Source of the DNA: an uncultured Actinomycetes bacterium
GTDB lineage: Bacteria > Actinomycetota > UBA4738 > HRBIN12
Length of the DNA stretch: 64,000 nucleotides
Assembly: GCA_963794065.1 (NCBI GenBank)
Contig: CAWCDA010000033.1
Coordinates: forward strand, 123,643 to 187,642
Direction of reading: 5' to 3'
Within the stretch, counting starts at the first letter, position 1. Each line of letters opens with the position of its first letter. The position numbers and the translations under genes were made by a program. This document shows positions 20,019 to 28,671 of the stretch, one piece after another. The notes beneath the pieces are model-generated. The model saw only the letters and a list, made by a program, of their open reading frames with translations. It did not search any database and was not told the origin of the DNA.

Positions 20019-20617
20019 GACCCGCCTATCCCGTCCAAGATCGCATCGAGGGCTTTGGCGACGTTGGCCCACCGGAAGCCGGATGGATCCAGTCCGGCGT
20101 GAAGCAGCAGCCCATCTCCGAGTGCGAGCAGGATCGCCGCCAACGCGTTCGCCGGTATCGATGCCAACTCGCCCGATGCGATGCTTGCCTCGATCCAACG
20201 CTTGAGCACCGCGCGTCTGGCTCTCACCACGGCGACCCATTTCTCCCGAACGGCGATGCTGGCCGACATCTCCGACCAGAGGTCTGCGCGGATCTGGAGT
20301 CGAGCTGGGTCGTCGCCGCGCTCGATCATCACGCGAGTGAATCGCCGCAGACGCTCAACGCCGCCCAGATCGGCTCGCTCGAGGTCCGCCATGAACGCAT
20401 CTATCTCTGCTGCCTCGTCCTCGAGAAGCCCGAGCAAGAGATCCTGCTTCGATTCGAAGTAGAGGTAGAAGGCTCCCTTGCTGACGCCGGCCTCGGCGCA
20501 GACTTCATCGACGGTGAGCGACTGGAATCCGCGATCCGCGACGCAGCGCCACGCAGCATCGATCAACTGCTGGCGACGAGCGACCCTGGTTTCAGCTGCG
20601 AGGCGAGGCATGAGCAT
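20015..20617 (-). CDS. TetR/AcrR family transcriptional regulator
   Basis: N-terminal HTH (GFQSLTVDEVCAEAGVSKGAFYLYFESKQDLL). Confidence 0.85.
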   Translation of the reverse strand: MLMPRLAAETRVARRQQLIDAAWRCVADRGFQSLTVDEVCAEAGVSKGAFYLYFESKQDLLLGLLEDEAAEIDAFMADLERADLGGVERLRRFTRVMIERGDDPARLQIRADLWSEMSASIAVREKWVAVVRARRAVLKRWIEASIASGELASIPANALAAILLALGDGLLLHAGLDPSGFRWANVAKALDAILDGIGGS

Positions 20618-20654
20618 CCTTCCGCCCGACGTCCGGAACTGCTCCTAGGCTATG

Positions 20655-20668
20655 ACTGACTGGTCAGT
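20655..20668. promoter_or_regulatory. candidate TetR operator palindrome
   Basis: ACTGAC-TG-GTCAGT, 38-51 nt upstream of the tetR start. Confidence 0.4.
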
Positions 20669-20794
20669 TTGGCAAATGGATTCGATCACCGGTGCTGGTG
20701 GTGTTCGGTGATCGCCTGAAAATCACGAGCCATGGCCGTTGCAACCCATCGTTCTTCCAGCGAGGCACCAGCTGCACACGCAGATTCGTAGTAG

Positions 20795-21157
<363 letters not shown>

Positions 21158-21196
21158 GCGTCTTATGAGACCAGGCCTTGAGCCAGGGAGGCACCG

Positions 21197-21607
21197 ATGA
21201 GCGAGATCTTCGTACGGCACGAGCAAGGCGATCGCTTCACGATCAGCGTTCGCGGCCATGACATCACCATCGATCAACCCCTCGAGGACGGCGGGGACGA
21301 CATGGGCCCGACGCCCAGCGAACTCTTCGTGGCCTCCCTCGCCGGATGCGTCGGCTACTTCGCGGAACGATTCCTGGTTCGCCATGACATCGCGACCGAG
21401 GGACTCGAGGTGCACGCGACCTACGAGTACGCCGACGATGCCCCATCCAGGGTGGCGTCGATCGACGTGCAACTCACCATCCCCGCCGGCGTCCCCGAGT
21501 CGAAGATCCCCACCTTGATGCGCGTGGTGGATCGCTGCACCGTCCACAATTCCCTGCGCCAGGCCCCGCAGGTTCGGATCTCGACGAAACTCCCCTCGTC
21601 TGTCTAA
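21197..21607 (+). CDS. OsmC family peroxiredoxin-like protein
   Basis: GPTPSELFVASLAGCVGYF ... VVDRCTVHNSL, the two conserved OsmC Cys segments. Confidence 0.85.
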   Translation: MSEIFVRHEQGDRFTISVRGHDITIDQPLEDGGDDMGPTPSELFVASLAGCVGYFAERFLVRHDIATEGLEVHATYEYADDAPSRVASIDVQLTIPAGVPESKIPTLMRVVDRCTVHNSLRQAPQVRISTKLPSSV

Positions 21608-21623
21608 GACCTCTGAGGACGAC

Positions 21624-21788
21624 GTGTGTAGAGCAGTGACGTGTCGGAGATGCGGCCTGCCGACCTGGAAAGGGTGCGGCGCCCATGTGGAGCAAGTACT
21701 CCGCAACGTTCCGCCCGCCGAACGATGCCCCGGTCACGCCGAGGAAATGAGGAAGTTCAGGCGCAGGTCCTGGTTCTCTCGCTCATGA
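21624..21788 (+). CDS. possible small Cys-rich protein (not in the ORF track)
   Basis: Hand-translated frame: VCRAVTCRRCGLPTWKGCGAHVEQVLRNVPPAERCPGHAEEMRKFRRRSWFSRS. GTG 21624 is preceded by GAGGA. It resembles small actinobacterial CxxC...GCG.HV proteins from memory only. Confidence 0.35.
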   Translation: MCRAVTCRRCGLPTWKGCGAHVEQVLRNVPPAERCPGHAEEMRKFRRRSWFSRS

Positions 21789-21821
21789 ACTTGGGTACAC
21801 GTGCCCCGGCGACTGACGCTC

Positions 21822-21949
21822 GGTAGTAGTCGGTCGGTCGGTCGGTCGGTGGGTGGGCTGTTCTCAGAACTCTCTCACCACACGGTTTCCGACACTTCTG
21901 GGGAACCTCCCACAGGTTAGGGGGGGTACCTCCCACAGCGGGTCAGAGG
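21822..21949. repeat. unclassified conserved intergenic module, copy 3 of 5 ((TCGG)n/G-T tract 21822-21859 plus core 21860-21949)
   Basis: Core GTTCTCAGAAC-TCTCTCACC-...-GGGGAACCTCCCACAGGTTAGGGG-GGGTACCTCCCACAG-CGGGTCAGAGG. Both internal repeats carry the same variant, ACCTCCCACAG. Confidence 0.85.
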
Positions 21950-22056
21950 CCCTTCTTCGCCACCGAAGGATCTCCTGGCCGGAAGGGAGAGGTGCCGAGC
22001 CACTCCGTCCATGTTCGCCGCCGTCCGTAGTCGAATGGTCGTCTCACGCGTCTTAC

Positions 22057-22578
22057 ATGATGATGCGAGAGACATTGACCGCCGATGCCGCAACCTCGCC
22101 GGGCCTCGAGACCCTCTATGAGCAACACGCTCCGAGCGCCTTGCGGTTCGCGTACTTCCTGAGCGGTGACCAGGAGACCGCCAGGGACCTCGTCCAGGAT
22201 GCGTTCGTCCAGGTCGCCGGTCGTTTCCGCTACCTACGGCAACCCGACGGGTTCGATGCGTACCTGCGCCGCACGATCGTGAACCTCAACGCATCAAGGC
22301 TGCGACGGCTCAAGGTGGAGCGATCGTCCCTGGCCCGTGAGGCTGCCTACCCGGCGGTTGGCGTCCCCGAGCGGGACCCTGCTGTCAGCGAGGAATTGTG
22401 GCAGGCGATCCTCGATCTCCCGCCACGACAGCGGGCGGCGATCGTCCTGCGCTTCTACGAAGACCTGAGCGAGGTGCAGGCTGCCGACATCCTCCGTTGT
22501 TCGGTCAAGGCCCTGAATCAGCTCGTGGTGAGAGCGATGAAGACCCTCCGCACCCAGATCGGCGAGGAGCCATCATGA
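22057..22578 (+). CDS. ECF-type (SigE-like) RNA polymerase sigma factor
   Basis: Region 2 (ETARDLVQDAFVQVAGRF) and region 4 (LPPRQRAAIVLRFYEDLSEVQAADILRCSVKAL). Start trimmed to ATG 22057. Confidence 0.85.
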   Translation: MMMRETLTADAATSPGLETLYEQHAPSALRFAYFLSGDQETARDLVQDAFVQVAGRFRYLRQPDGFDAYLRRTIVNLNASRLRRLKVERSSLAREAAYPAVGVPERDPAVSEELWQAILDLPPRQRAAIVLRFYEDLSEVQAADILRCSVKALNQLVVRAMKTLRTQIGEEPS

Positions 22579-23855
22579 ACGACCTCGAATCCAGGCTCCG
22601 CGGCGCGTTCCGCGAGCACGAAAGCGACGCGCCCGCGGTCGACCTCTCAGACGCACGCCACGTCGCAGGCCGGACGCGGCGCCGCCAGATCCTGAACGCA
22701 GCCGGCGCAGGCGTCGGTGCCCTCGCCATCGTGGTCGCGCTCACCACCGGGCTCGGCGGCCTGCTTCGCGCGGATCGCGTTCCTGCGGATCAGCCGCCGG
22801 CGGCGCCGCTGTCCGGCCCCCTCGCGTACGACCTCCGGGGTCACACCCACGTCGCCGGCCTGGACGGGTCGAACCCCGTCGCGCTCGACGACGTCGTCGA
22901 GCTCGACGACGAGTGCCCGGGCCACGTCTACACGAGTTTCTTGCCGTCGTGGTCGCCGGACGGGCGATACCTCGCCTTCCGCCGCTCCGCCGAGTGCGGT
23001 GACCTTACGCGCCGCGACGTCGTGATCGCCGACCTGCAGGGCAACGTCGTCGGGGTCTTCCCCGCCTCGAAGCTCGGATACGAGATCGGGTGGTCGCCCG
23101 ATTCCACGCGCGTCGCGGTGTGGGACGAGTACGGCTCTCGCGAGGGCACGTACACGATCGGCATCCACGGGATCGACGGCAGTGAGGCGCAGTTCGAGAT
23201 GCCTCGCGGATGGGCGCCGTCGTGGTCTGGCGGCCCGATCTGGACGGCGGACGGCGACTCGGTGATCGTGAGCGAGCTCGAGGTTCCCCTCGACGGCGGG
23301 ACCCCACGGGAGATCGCATTCCACGGAACGTTCATGGATCCATCCGGAGGGTGGTGGCAGGGTGCGCTCGCCTACTCGCCCGACGGCTCGCAGATGGCGT
23401 ACGGCACGCCCGAAGGGCTGATGGTCGCGCGGGCCGACGGCTCCGACCCCCGAGAGGTGTCCGCGGACGGCGCGCACACCGCGGCGTGGTCTCCGACCGG
23501 CGAGCTGATCGCGGTCGCCTCGGCCACCCCCGGCACCGATCAATTCACGAAGCGCGGGGACGGCGGGAACCACGAGCAGGCCCCGGACCGACTTCGGATC
23601 GTGGACGTGGCGACCGGGTCGACAACGCTGCTTGCCGAAGGCGGGACGTGGTACGTGGTCATCGGGTTCTCGCCCGACGGCGACCGCGTCCTGTATGGGG
23701 ATCACCGACCGGCGGTGGCGGGGCAACCCGACGGGGCCTGGGTCGACTCGATCTGGAGCGTCCGGATCGACGGCTCCGACGCCCGCCAGATCGCAGTGGG
23801 CACGTACACCGGGGACTTGCGCCCGGCCGGACCGGAGGGAGGGAACCAACCGTGA
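22575..23855 (+). CDS. membrane-anchored TolB-like (PD40/WD40-like beta-propeller) protein, candidate anti-sigma partner
   Basis: ATGA overlap with the sigma gene. One TM helix (GAGVGALAIVVALTTGLGGLL), then repeated W/YSPDG-type propeller blades. Confidence 0.6.
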   Translation: MNDLESRLRGAFREHESDAPAVDLSDARHVAGRTRRRQILNAAGAGVGALAIVVALTTGLGGLLRADRVPADQPPAAPLSGPLAYDLRGHTHVAGLDGSNPVALDDVVELDDECPGHVYTSFLPSWSPDGRYLAFRRSAECGDLTRRDVVIADLQGNVVGVFPASKLGYEIGWSPDSTRVAVWDEYGSREGTYTIGIHGIDGSEAQFEMPRGWAPSWSGGPIWTADGDSVIVSELEVPLDGGTPREIAFHGTFMDPSGGWWQGALAYSPDGSQMAYGTPEGLMVARADGSDPREVSADGAHTAAWSPTGELIAVASATPGTDQFTKRGDGGNHEQAPDRLRIVDVATGSTTLLAEGGTWYVVIGFSPDGDRVLYGDHRPAVAGQPDGAWVDSIWSVRIDGSDARQIAVGTYTGDLRPAGPEGGNQP

Positions 23856-24544
23856 GATCGCTGGTGCGGCTGTCGTTCTTCGTGCTCGTCTTGGCGGTGG
23901 GCGCGTGTCGCGGTGACGACGGCACCGATCCGCCGTCAACTACCGGGGCATCGAGCGGCGGCATCGAGGTCCTCGGCCCCGATGCAGACGTGAACGGGAT
24001 GAGCACCGCCGATCTGTTGGGGACGTACGCCGTCGGCGTCGTGGAGACTCCCCACGACGACTCGTCCGTGGCCGATCCGGCGAAGTGCGACATGGGCTTG
24101 TCCACCGAAGACGTCTACTTCGCCCCGACGCCCGGCGAGCCGGGGGATCTGTCGACGACGTGCACCATGTCCGCGGACCAGACGCTGCTGGTCGTGCCGA
24201 CGAGCGCGTTCTGCATCGACGCCCCCGAATCCGGCGGCACGGCTGACACGGCCTGCCTGGATAGCCTGTGGGATCTCACGAGTTCGTCCGTGACGATCGA
24301 CGGGGTCGAGGTCGAGGGCCTCGACGCATACGAGGTCGACTCGGAGGTCATCGACGTGACGCTGCCGGAGAGGAACGTCTTCGAGGACCACGAGGTGCCG
24401 GCCGGGGCAAGCCGCACCATCGCTCGGGGCCAGGTCGTCCTCGTACAGGGGCTCGCGCCCGGGGGTCACACCGTCGTGCTGGGGTTCGACTTCGGCAACG
24501 GCGAGTTCGCAGGTTCGTTGACGATCGACCTCACCGTCGAGTAG
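23852..24544 (+). CDS. lipoprotein, function unknown
   Basis: GTGA overlap with the upstream gene. Signal peptide with lipobox (FFVLVLAVGAC). Confidence 0.6.
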   Translation: MRSLVRLSFFVLVLAVGACRGDDGTDPPSTTGASSGGIEVLGPDADVNGMSTADLLGTYAVGVVETPHDDSSVADPAKCDMGLSTEDVYFAPTPGEPGDLSTTCTMSADQTLLVVPTSAFCIDAPESGGTADTACLDSLWDLTSSSVTIDGVEVEGLDAYEVDSEVIDVTLPERNVFEDHEVPAGASRTIARGQVVLVQGLAPGGHTVVLGFDFGNGEFAGSLTIDLTVE

Positions 24545-24726
24545 CCCGACCGAAAGGCGAGCACCCTTCGAACCCCGGGACTCGAGCCCGCGCGGCGATC
24601 CGCCACGGGCAGGTCACTCCCGATGATCGACTGACGGCCGGGGGAAGAAGGGTTGCGCCCAGCCGGCGATCCGTACGAGGTAACGGAACGACTCCGATGA
24701 GCGGCGCCCGTCCGCCGTCGCCGGTC

Positions 24727-24899
24727 ACCCTCGCGAAGCCGGCTGGCTCGCCGCGGTTCCGGAGCGTCATGCGCGTGCCGTCCGGGTCGTCCTCCCAGGT
24801 GTAGGTCGTCTCCATCGGGAACGGGGCCGTCGCTCGCGCGCTGCACGAGCCGCTCCCCGGCACGAGTTCCGTCACCTCGTACGTATAGGCGAGCTGCCA
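24727..24899 (-). pseudogene. C-terminal remnant of an SRPBCC family gene
   Basis: WQLAYTYEVTELVPG / ERLVQRASDGP (other frame) / FPMETTYTWEDDPDGTRMTLRNRGEPAGFARV. About 90 N-terminal codons are missing and there are two internal frame changes. The break lies 16 nt from the G/T tract of module copy 4. Confidence 0.4.
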
Positions 24900-24914
24900 T
24901 TGTGGGAGGAGGAC

Positions 24915-25035
24915 TTTAGTTGGTTGGTGGTGGTTAGTGGGGTGTTCTCAGAACCTAATGACCTGGGCGAACTGGCTCTTATGAGAGGAGTGCCCACAGG
25001 TTAAAGAGGGGAGGAGCCACACCTGCGGTGCAAGG
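24915..25035. repeat. unclassified conserved intergenic module, copy 4 of 5 (G/T tract 24915-24943 plus core 24944-25035), most diverged
   Basis: Core GTTCTCAGAAC-CTAATGACC-...-GAGGAGTGCCCACAGGTTAAAGAG-GGGAGGAGCCACAC-CTGCGGTGCAAGG. Same internal spacing as the other copies. Confidence 0.75.
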
Positions 25036-25091
25036 GTTCACGCGTGGGGGTTATATCAGGCCACCTGTATGCCCCGCCGCGGTCAGTCGCG

Positions 25092-26240
25092 TCAAGGTTC
25101 GGTTGCCGCCTCGGGGACGAGCGGGCGCGACACGACCGTGGCCGTCAGCGGACTCGACGGCGACTGCAGCGCGAGCCGGGTACCGATCTCCGCCGGCTCG
25201 TCGAGCAGCGCGTCTCCGGCGTGCCGTTCCAGCGCGTACGAGTACCCGGCTTGCCACACGACGCCGATCTGCTCGCCGTCGCCGGGCGTCTTGACCGGCC
25301 AGAACGTCTCGAGTTCGGGCGGGTCCTCGCCATCAATCGTGAACGCGACCGCGTGACGCCTCGGGGTCGTGCCGTCCGCGATCCGACGAAGCGCGTCCTG
25401 CCCGATGAACGGCGCGTCTTTGTCGAGATCGACCGTGTACTCGAGTCCCACCTCGAACGGGTTGATCTCCAGGTTGTCGCCGTAGCGGATGTCGGTCACG
25501 CCGCGCTCCCACGCCCGTTCCCCGATGACGGGCGTCACCAGCACTCCGACCGGATCCGAAGCACGCCGAACCTCCCGCCACACACGCCTCGCAGGCTCCA
25601 CATCGGGAGCGAACACCTCGTATCCGAACTCGCCGCTCCACCCGGTGCGAGAGACGAGCACCTCCACGCCTGCGATCGACGTCCAATCCCATGCGTACCG
25701 CGGCATCGATGCAACGCTCGGCGCGAGCGCCTTCATCACATCCAGAGCGCGCGGTCCCTGCAGCGCGAGCGGTGACACGGGTGCCTCGTGGACCTCGACC
25801 TCGTGCTCGGTGTGCAGTGCGACGGCTCGAGCCCATAGCGGGAAGTCCGCCGGTCCGTGACAGATCCACACGCGCTCGTCGCTCAACCGCAGCACGAGCG
25901 CCTCGCAGATGATTACCCCGTTTTCGTCACAGGCCGTCGCGTGCCTGCACCGACCCACCGTCTGTCCGGCGATGTCGCGCGTGAGTAGGTAATCGGCGAA
26001 CGCGACGGCGTCGGGCCCGGTCAATTCGAGCGCGCGTTCACACCCGACATCCCACAGCGTGACGCGTTCGAGGAGAGCCTCGTACTCGACGCGGCGGTCG
26101 CGGCCGTAGCTCGCGGGCAGCCACATCCGGTTGTACGGCCAAGCCATGATGGCGCCCTCCGCCATCGCGAACTCCAGGTAGGGCGACTCGCGAACATAGG
26201 CCGGATACCGGTGAAGCCGGGGCTCCTCATCGGAGGACAT
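25092..26240 (-). CDS. aminomethyltransferase (GcvT/glycine-cleavage T protein) family enzyme
   Basis: GcvT-family core (LWDVGCERALELTGPDA ... VSRTGWSGEFGYEVF). Confidence 0.8.
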   Translation of the reverse strand: MSSDEEPRLHRYPAYVRESPYLEFAMAEGAIMAWPYNRMWLPASYGRDRRVEYEALLERVTLWDVGCERALELTGPDAVAFADYLLTRDIAGQTVGRCRHATACDENGVIICEALVLRLSDERVWICHGPADFPLWARAVALHTEHEVEVHEAPVSPLALQGPRALDVMKALAPSVASMPRYAWDWTSIAGVEVLVSRTGWSGEFGYEVFAPDVEPARRVWREVRRASDPVGVLVTPVIGERAWERGVTDIRYGDNLEINPFEVGLEYTVDLDKDAPFIGQDALRRIADGTTPRRHAVAFTIDGEDPPELETFWPVKTPGDGEQIGVVWQAGYSYALERHAGDALLDEPAEIGTRLALQSPSSPLTATVVSRPLVPEAATEP

Positions 26241-26299
26241 CGTCGAACCCTACTTGGATCGGAGAAAGGGGTCATCGGTTGCTGACAGTAGGCAATTCC

Positions 26300-26452
26300 G
26301 TTAGTTCGTTCGTGGGTGGGTGAGTTGGGTGTGTGTGTGGTGGTGGGTTGGTTAGTGGGGTGTTCTCAGAACTCCCTGACCACACGGTTTGCAGCCCTTC
26401 TTGGGGAGTACCCACAGGTTAAGAGGGATAGTACCCACAGCAGGTCAGAGAC
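26300..26452. repeat. unclassified conserved intergenic module, copy 5 of 5 (G/T tract 26300-26361 plus core 26362-26452)
   Basis: Core GTTCTCAGAAC-TCCCTGACC-...-TGGGGAGTACCCACAGGTTAAGAG-GGATAGTACCCACAG-CAGGTCAGAGA. Confidence 0.85.
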
Positions 26453-26495
26453 CCTTTTCGGCCTTTCAAGGCCCACAGGGGCGTACGCTCGAACC

Positions 26496-27191
26496 TTGAA
26501 GAAGGCGGTCGCCGTCGTCGTTCTCGTCGCCATCGCCCTCGCGATCGGGGTGTGGTGGGTCGCGTTCCGGCAGGGACCCTCAGTTTCGGTCGCTGTCGCC
26601 GACATCCGAGCGATCGAGTTCTCCTCGTTCCCCGAAGGCCCCCCGCAGCCGGGGTTCACGGGGGGCGTGCCGGATCGCGTCAATGTTCCGATCCAACTCG
26701 TGGCAGACGAGATCCCGAGTCCTCTACCTGGACCGCTCCGACAAGGGATCTCCTGTAACGCCGGCGCCGAAATCGTCTTTCGCCTGCTGGACGCCAGGAC
26801 CATCACGTACGGGCCCTGTCGGATCCCCGCATCAATCGTCGCGTTCCGCGCCACCGCGTCCGCGGCGATCAACGACTACATCTCGAAGACCCCATCGGCG
26901 GACGCCGTCGGCGCCGGGATGCTGGCGCTGGCGCAGGCTGGACGGTTCCAGCATCCTCCTGATGGCATGAGCTACGACGCGCCGATCGACTGCCGGGTGG
27001 ACGACCCACATGGCTTCGAGGGAGCCCCGGTGTACCTCTGCGCCATCTCACTCGTAGGACAAGGGCCAACGGGCGGTCACCTGTGGGAGTGGGGCGCGCT
27101 CGTCGACGGCACGCTCCACACGCATCAAACGGACCCGCGCGAGATCCCGACCATCACCGGCCCCTGGGACCCACCGTGGCAGCCGGCATGA
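26496..27191 (+). CDS. membrane-anchored hypothetical protein
   Basis: ORF 26316..27191(+), whose first 60 codons are the repeat module. Start moved to TTG 26496, before the TM helix KKAVAVVVLVAIALAIGVWWVAF. The start is uncertain. Confidence 0.45.
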   Translation: MKKAVAVVVLVAIALAIGVWWVAFRQGPSVSVAVADIRAIEFSSFPEGPPQPGFTGGVPDRVNVPIQLVADEIPSPLPGPLRQGISCNAGAEIVFRLLDARTITYGPCRIPASIVAFRATASAAINDYISKTPSADAVGAGMLALAQAGRFQHPPDGMSYDAPIDCRVDDPHGFEGAPVYLCAISLVGQGPTGGHLWEWGALVDGTLHTHQTDPREIPTITGPWDPPWQPA

Positions 27192-27338
27192 AGGTCGCGT
27201 CGAAGCAGGCGGTTGCTTGCTCGACTACGCCTCGCATGGCCCAGGTACAGCAAGCAACGCGAGAGACTCCTGGTACTAAGAGAGGCACTAACCACCCACT
27301 TTGTCCCCTCTCTTGACGGCCAGGTCCGCGGGCCTCCA

Positions 27339-28535
27339 CTAGGGCAGCTTCACGTACCCGTTCTTCATCTTCCACAGGAAGTACTTCTCGAACGCGATCT
27401 TCGCCGCATGGTTCTGCGGACCCGGGATCATCACACCGTGCTTGCGGGGCGGCAGCATCTTGTCCGCCAAGATCGCGACCCCGTTGTTGCCGGCGTCCAT
27501 GATGCAGACTGCCGGGATGTCGCCGAAGCTCTCCTCCTTCGTGGGTTCCTCGCCGCGGATCTGCGATGCGATGTTCGTCGCCGCGACGTGCGCCATGGTC
27601 TCGGCAGGGAACCCCGTCTTCGGCACACCGACGGCGTTCGCCGTCTGCCACGGAGCGTTGACCGCGGCCGCGATCCCCACCGCGTAGACGTTCGGATCAC
27701 CGAGTGTCTGGTAGGTGTCCTTCACATCGATGAAGCCCTTCGGGTTGCCGAGTCCGCTCGCGTTGACCACGTCGGCACCGAGGAACGGCGGGACGACCAT
27801 CGCGTAGCGGAACGGGAGGTTCTTGCCGTCCGTCAGGCGGATCTCGCCGGGCACGATCTCCTCCATCGCAACATCGAAGATCCCTTTGATGTTCACGTGC
27901 TTGAAGAACATCCCGAGCATCTTCTCCCCGCCCGGGAGCCCACCGATCCCGAAATGACCGGCGAACGGCTCGGCGCTCACGTAGGAGACCGGCACCTTCA
28001 GTTTCTGCTTCTTCAAGTGGTAGGCGACGTTGAACACGAACTCGTATGCCGCGCCGAAGCAGGCCGCGCCCTGGGTCGCGCCGACCACCACAGGGCCGGG
28101 GTGGTTGACGAACCGAGCCCACCCCTCAGCCGCATCGATGGCGCCATCGAGCGATGTGATCGAGTACGCGTTGCCTCCGGGTCCAAGCCCTGGGACGACG
28201 TCGAAGTCGTTCAGGTACCCCGTGGCGATTACCAGATAGTCGTATCCGTATTCGCCGCGCGAGGTGGCGACCTTCTTCGCCTCGACATCGACCGATGTCG
28301 CCTCGCCGTGAACGAACTCGACGCCGCGGGACTCGAACGTCTTGGCCACCCGGAAGACCACGTCCTTCGCCTTGCGTTTGCCGAACGGGATCCAGATGAA
28401 CGACGGGTTGAACTGGAAGCGATCGGACTTCGAGACGACCGTAACGTCGACGTCGTCTCCCAGCTCGTCCTTGACGCTGAGCGCGGCCGTGAGGCCGGCG
28501 AAGTTCCCTCCAAGCACAAGCACCTTGGGTGTCAT
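27339..28535 (-). CDS. sulfide:quinone oxidoreductase-like NAD(P)/FAD-dependent oxidoreductase
   Basis: Rossmann segment VLVLGGNFAGL. Cys in GAACFGAAYE and AVCIMDAGN lie at the positions of the SQR redox cysteines. Start at ATG 28535. Confidence 0.75.
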   Translation of the reverse strand: MTPKVLVLGGNFAGLTAALSVKDELGDDVDVTVVSKSDRFQFNPSFIWIPFGKRKAKDVVFRVAKTFESRGVEFVHGEATSVDVEAKKVATSRGEYGYDYLVIATGYLNDFDVVPGLGPGGNAYSITSLDGAIDAAEGWARFVNHPGPVVVGATQGAACFGAAYEFVFNVAYHLKKQKLKVPVSYVSAEPFAGHFGIGGLPGGEKMLGMFFKHVNIKGIFDVAMEEIVPGEIRLTDGKNLPFRYAMVVPPFLGADVVNASGLGNPKGFIDVKDTYQTLGDPNVYAVGIAAAVNAPWQTANAVGVPKTGFPAETMAHVAATNIASQIRGEEPTKEESFGDIPAVCIMDAGNNGVAILADKMLPPRKHGVMIPGPQNHAAKIAFEKYFLWKMKNGYVKLP

Positions 28536-28671
28536 GCGTTGCCTCCCCGATCTCATGGATCGCGCCTCGCACTGGAGCGCTGCGCAGATCGTCCTGATCC
28601 TCAGGTCAGTCTAGATTGAGGCTCCGTGGCGTGAAGATGTCCTAGCTGCGCCGCGTCGGGAGGGTCCAATT

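Noticed and set aside
21960-22057. Autoregulated ECF promoter GGAAGG...CCGTC upstream of the sigma gene
   Set aside because: The spacing between the GGAA and CGTC elements is about 20 nt, outside the usual 16-17 nt window. The call was not made.
25092-26452. Module copy 5 as a glycine riboswitch leader for the GcvT-like gene
   Set aside because: The minus-strand sequence lacks the conserved glycine-aptamer core elements. The same module also occurs where no downstream gene exists (copies 1 and 3).
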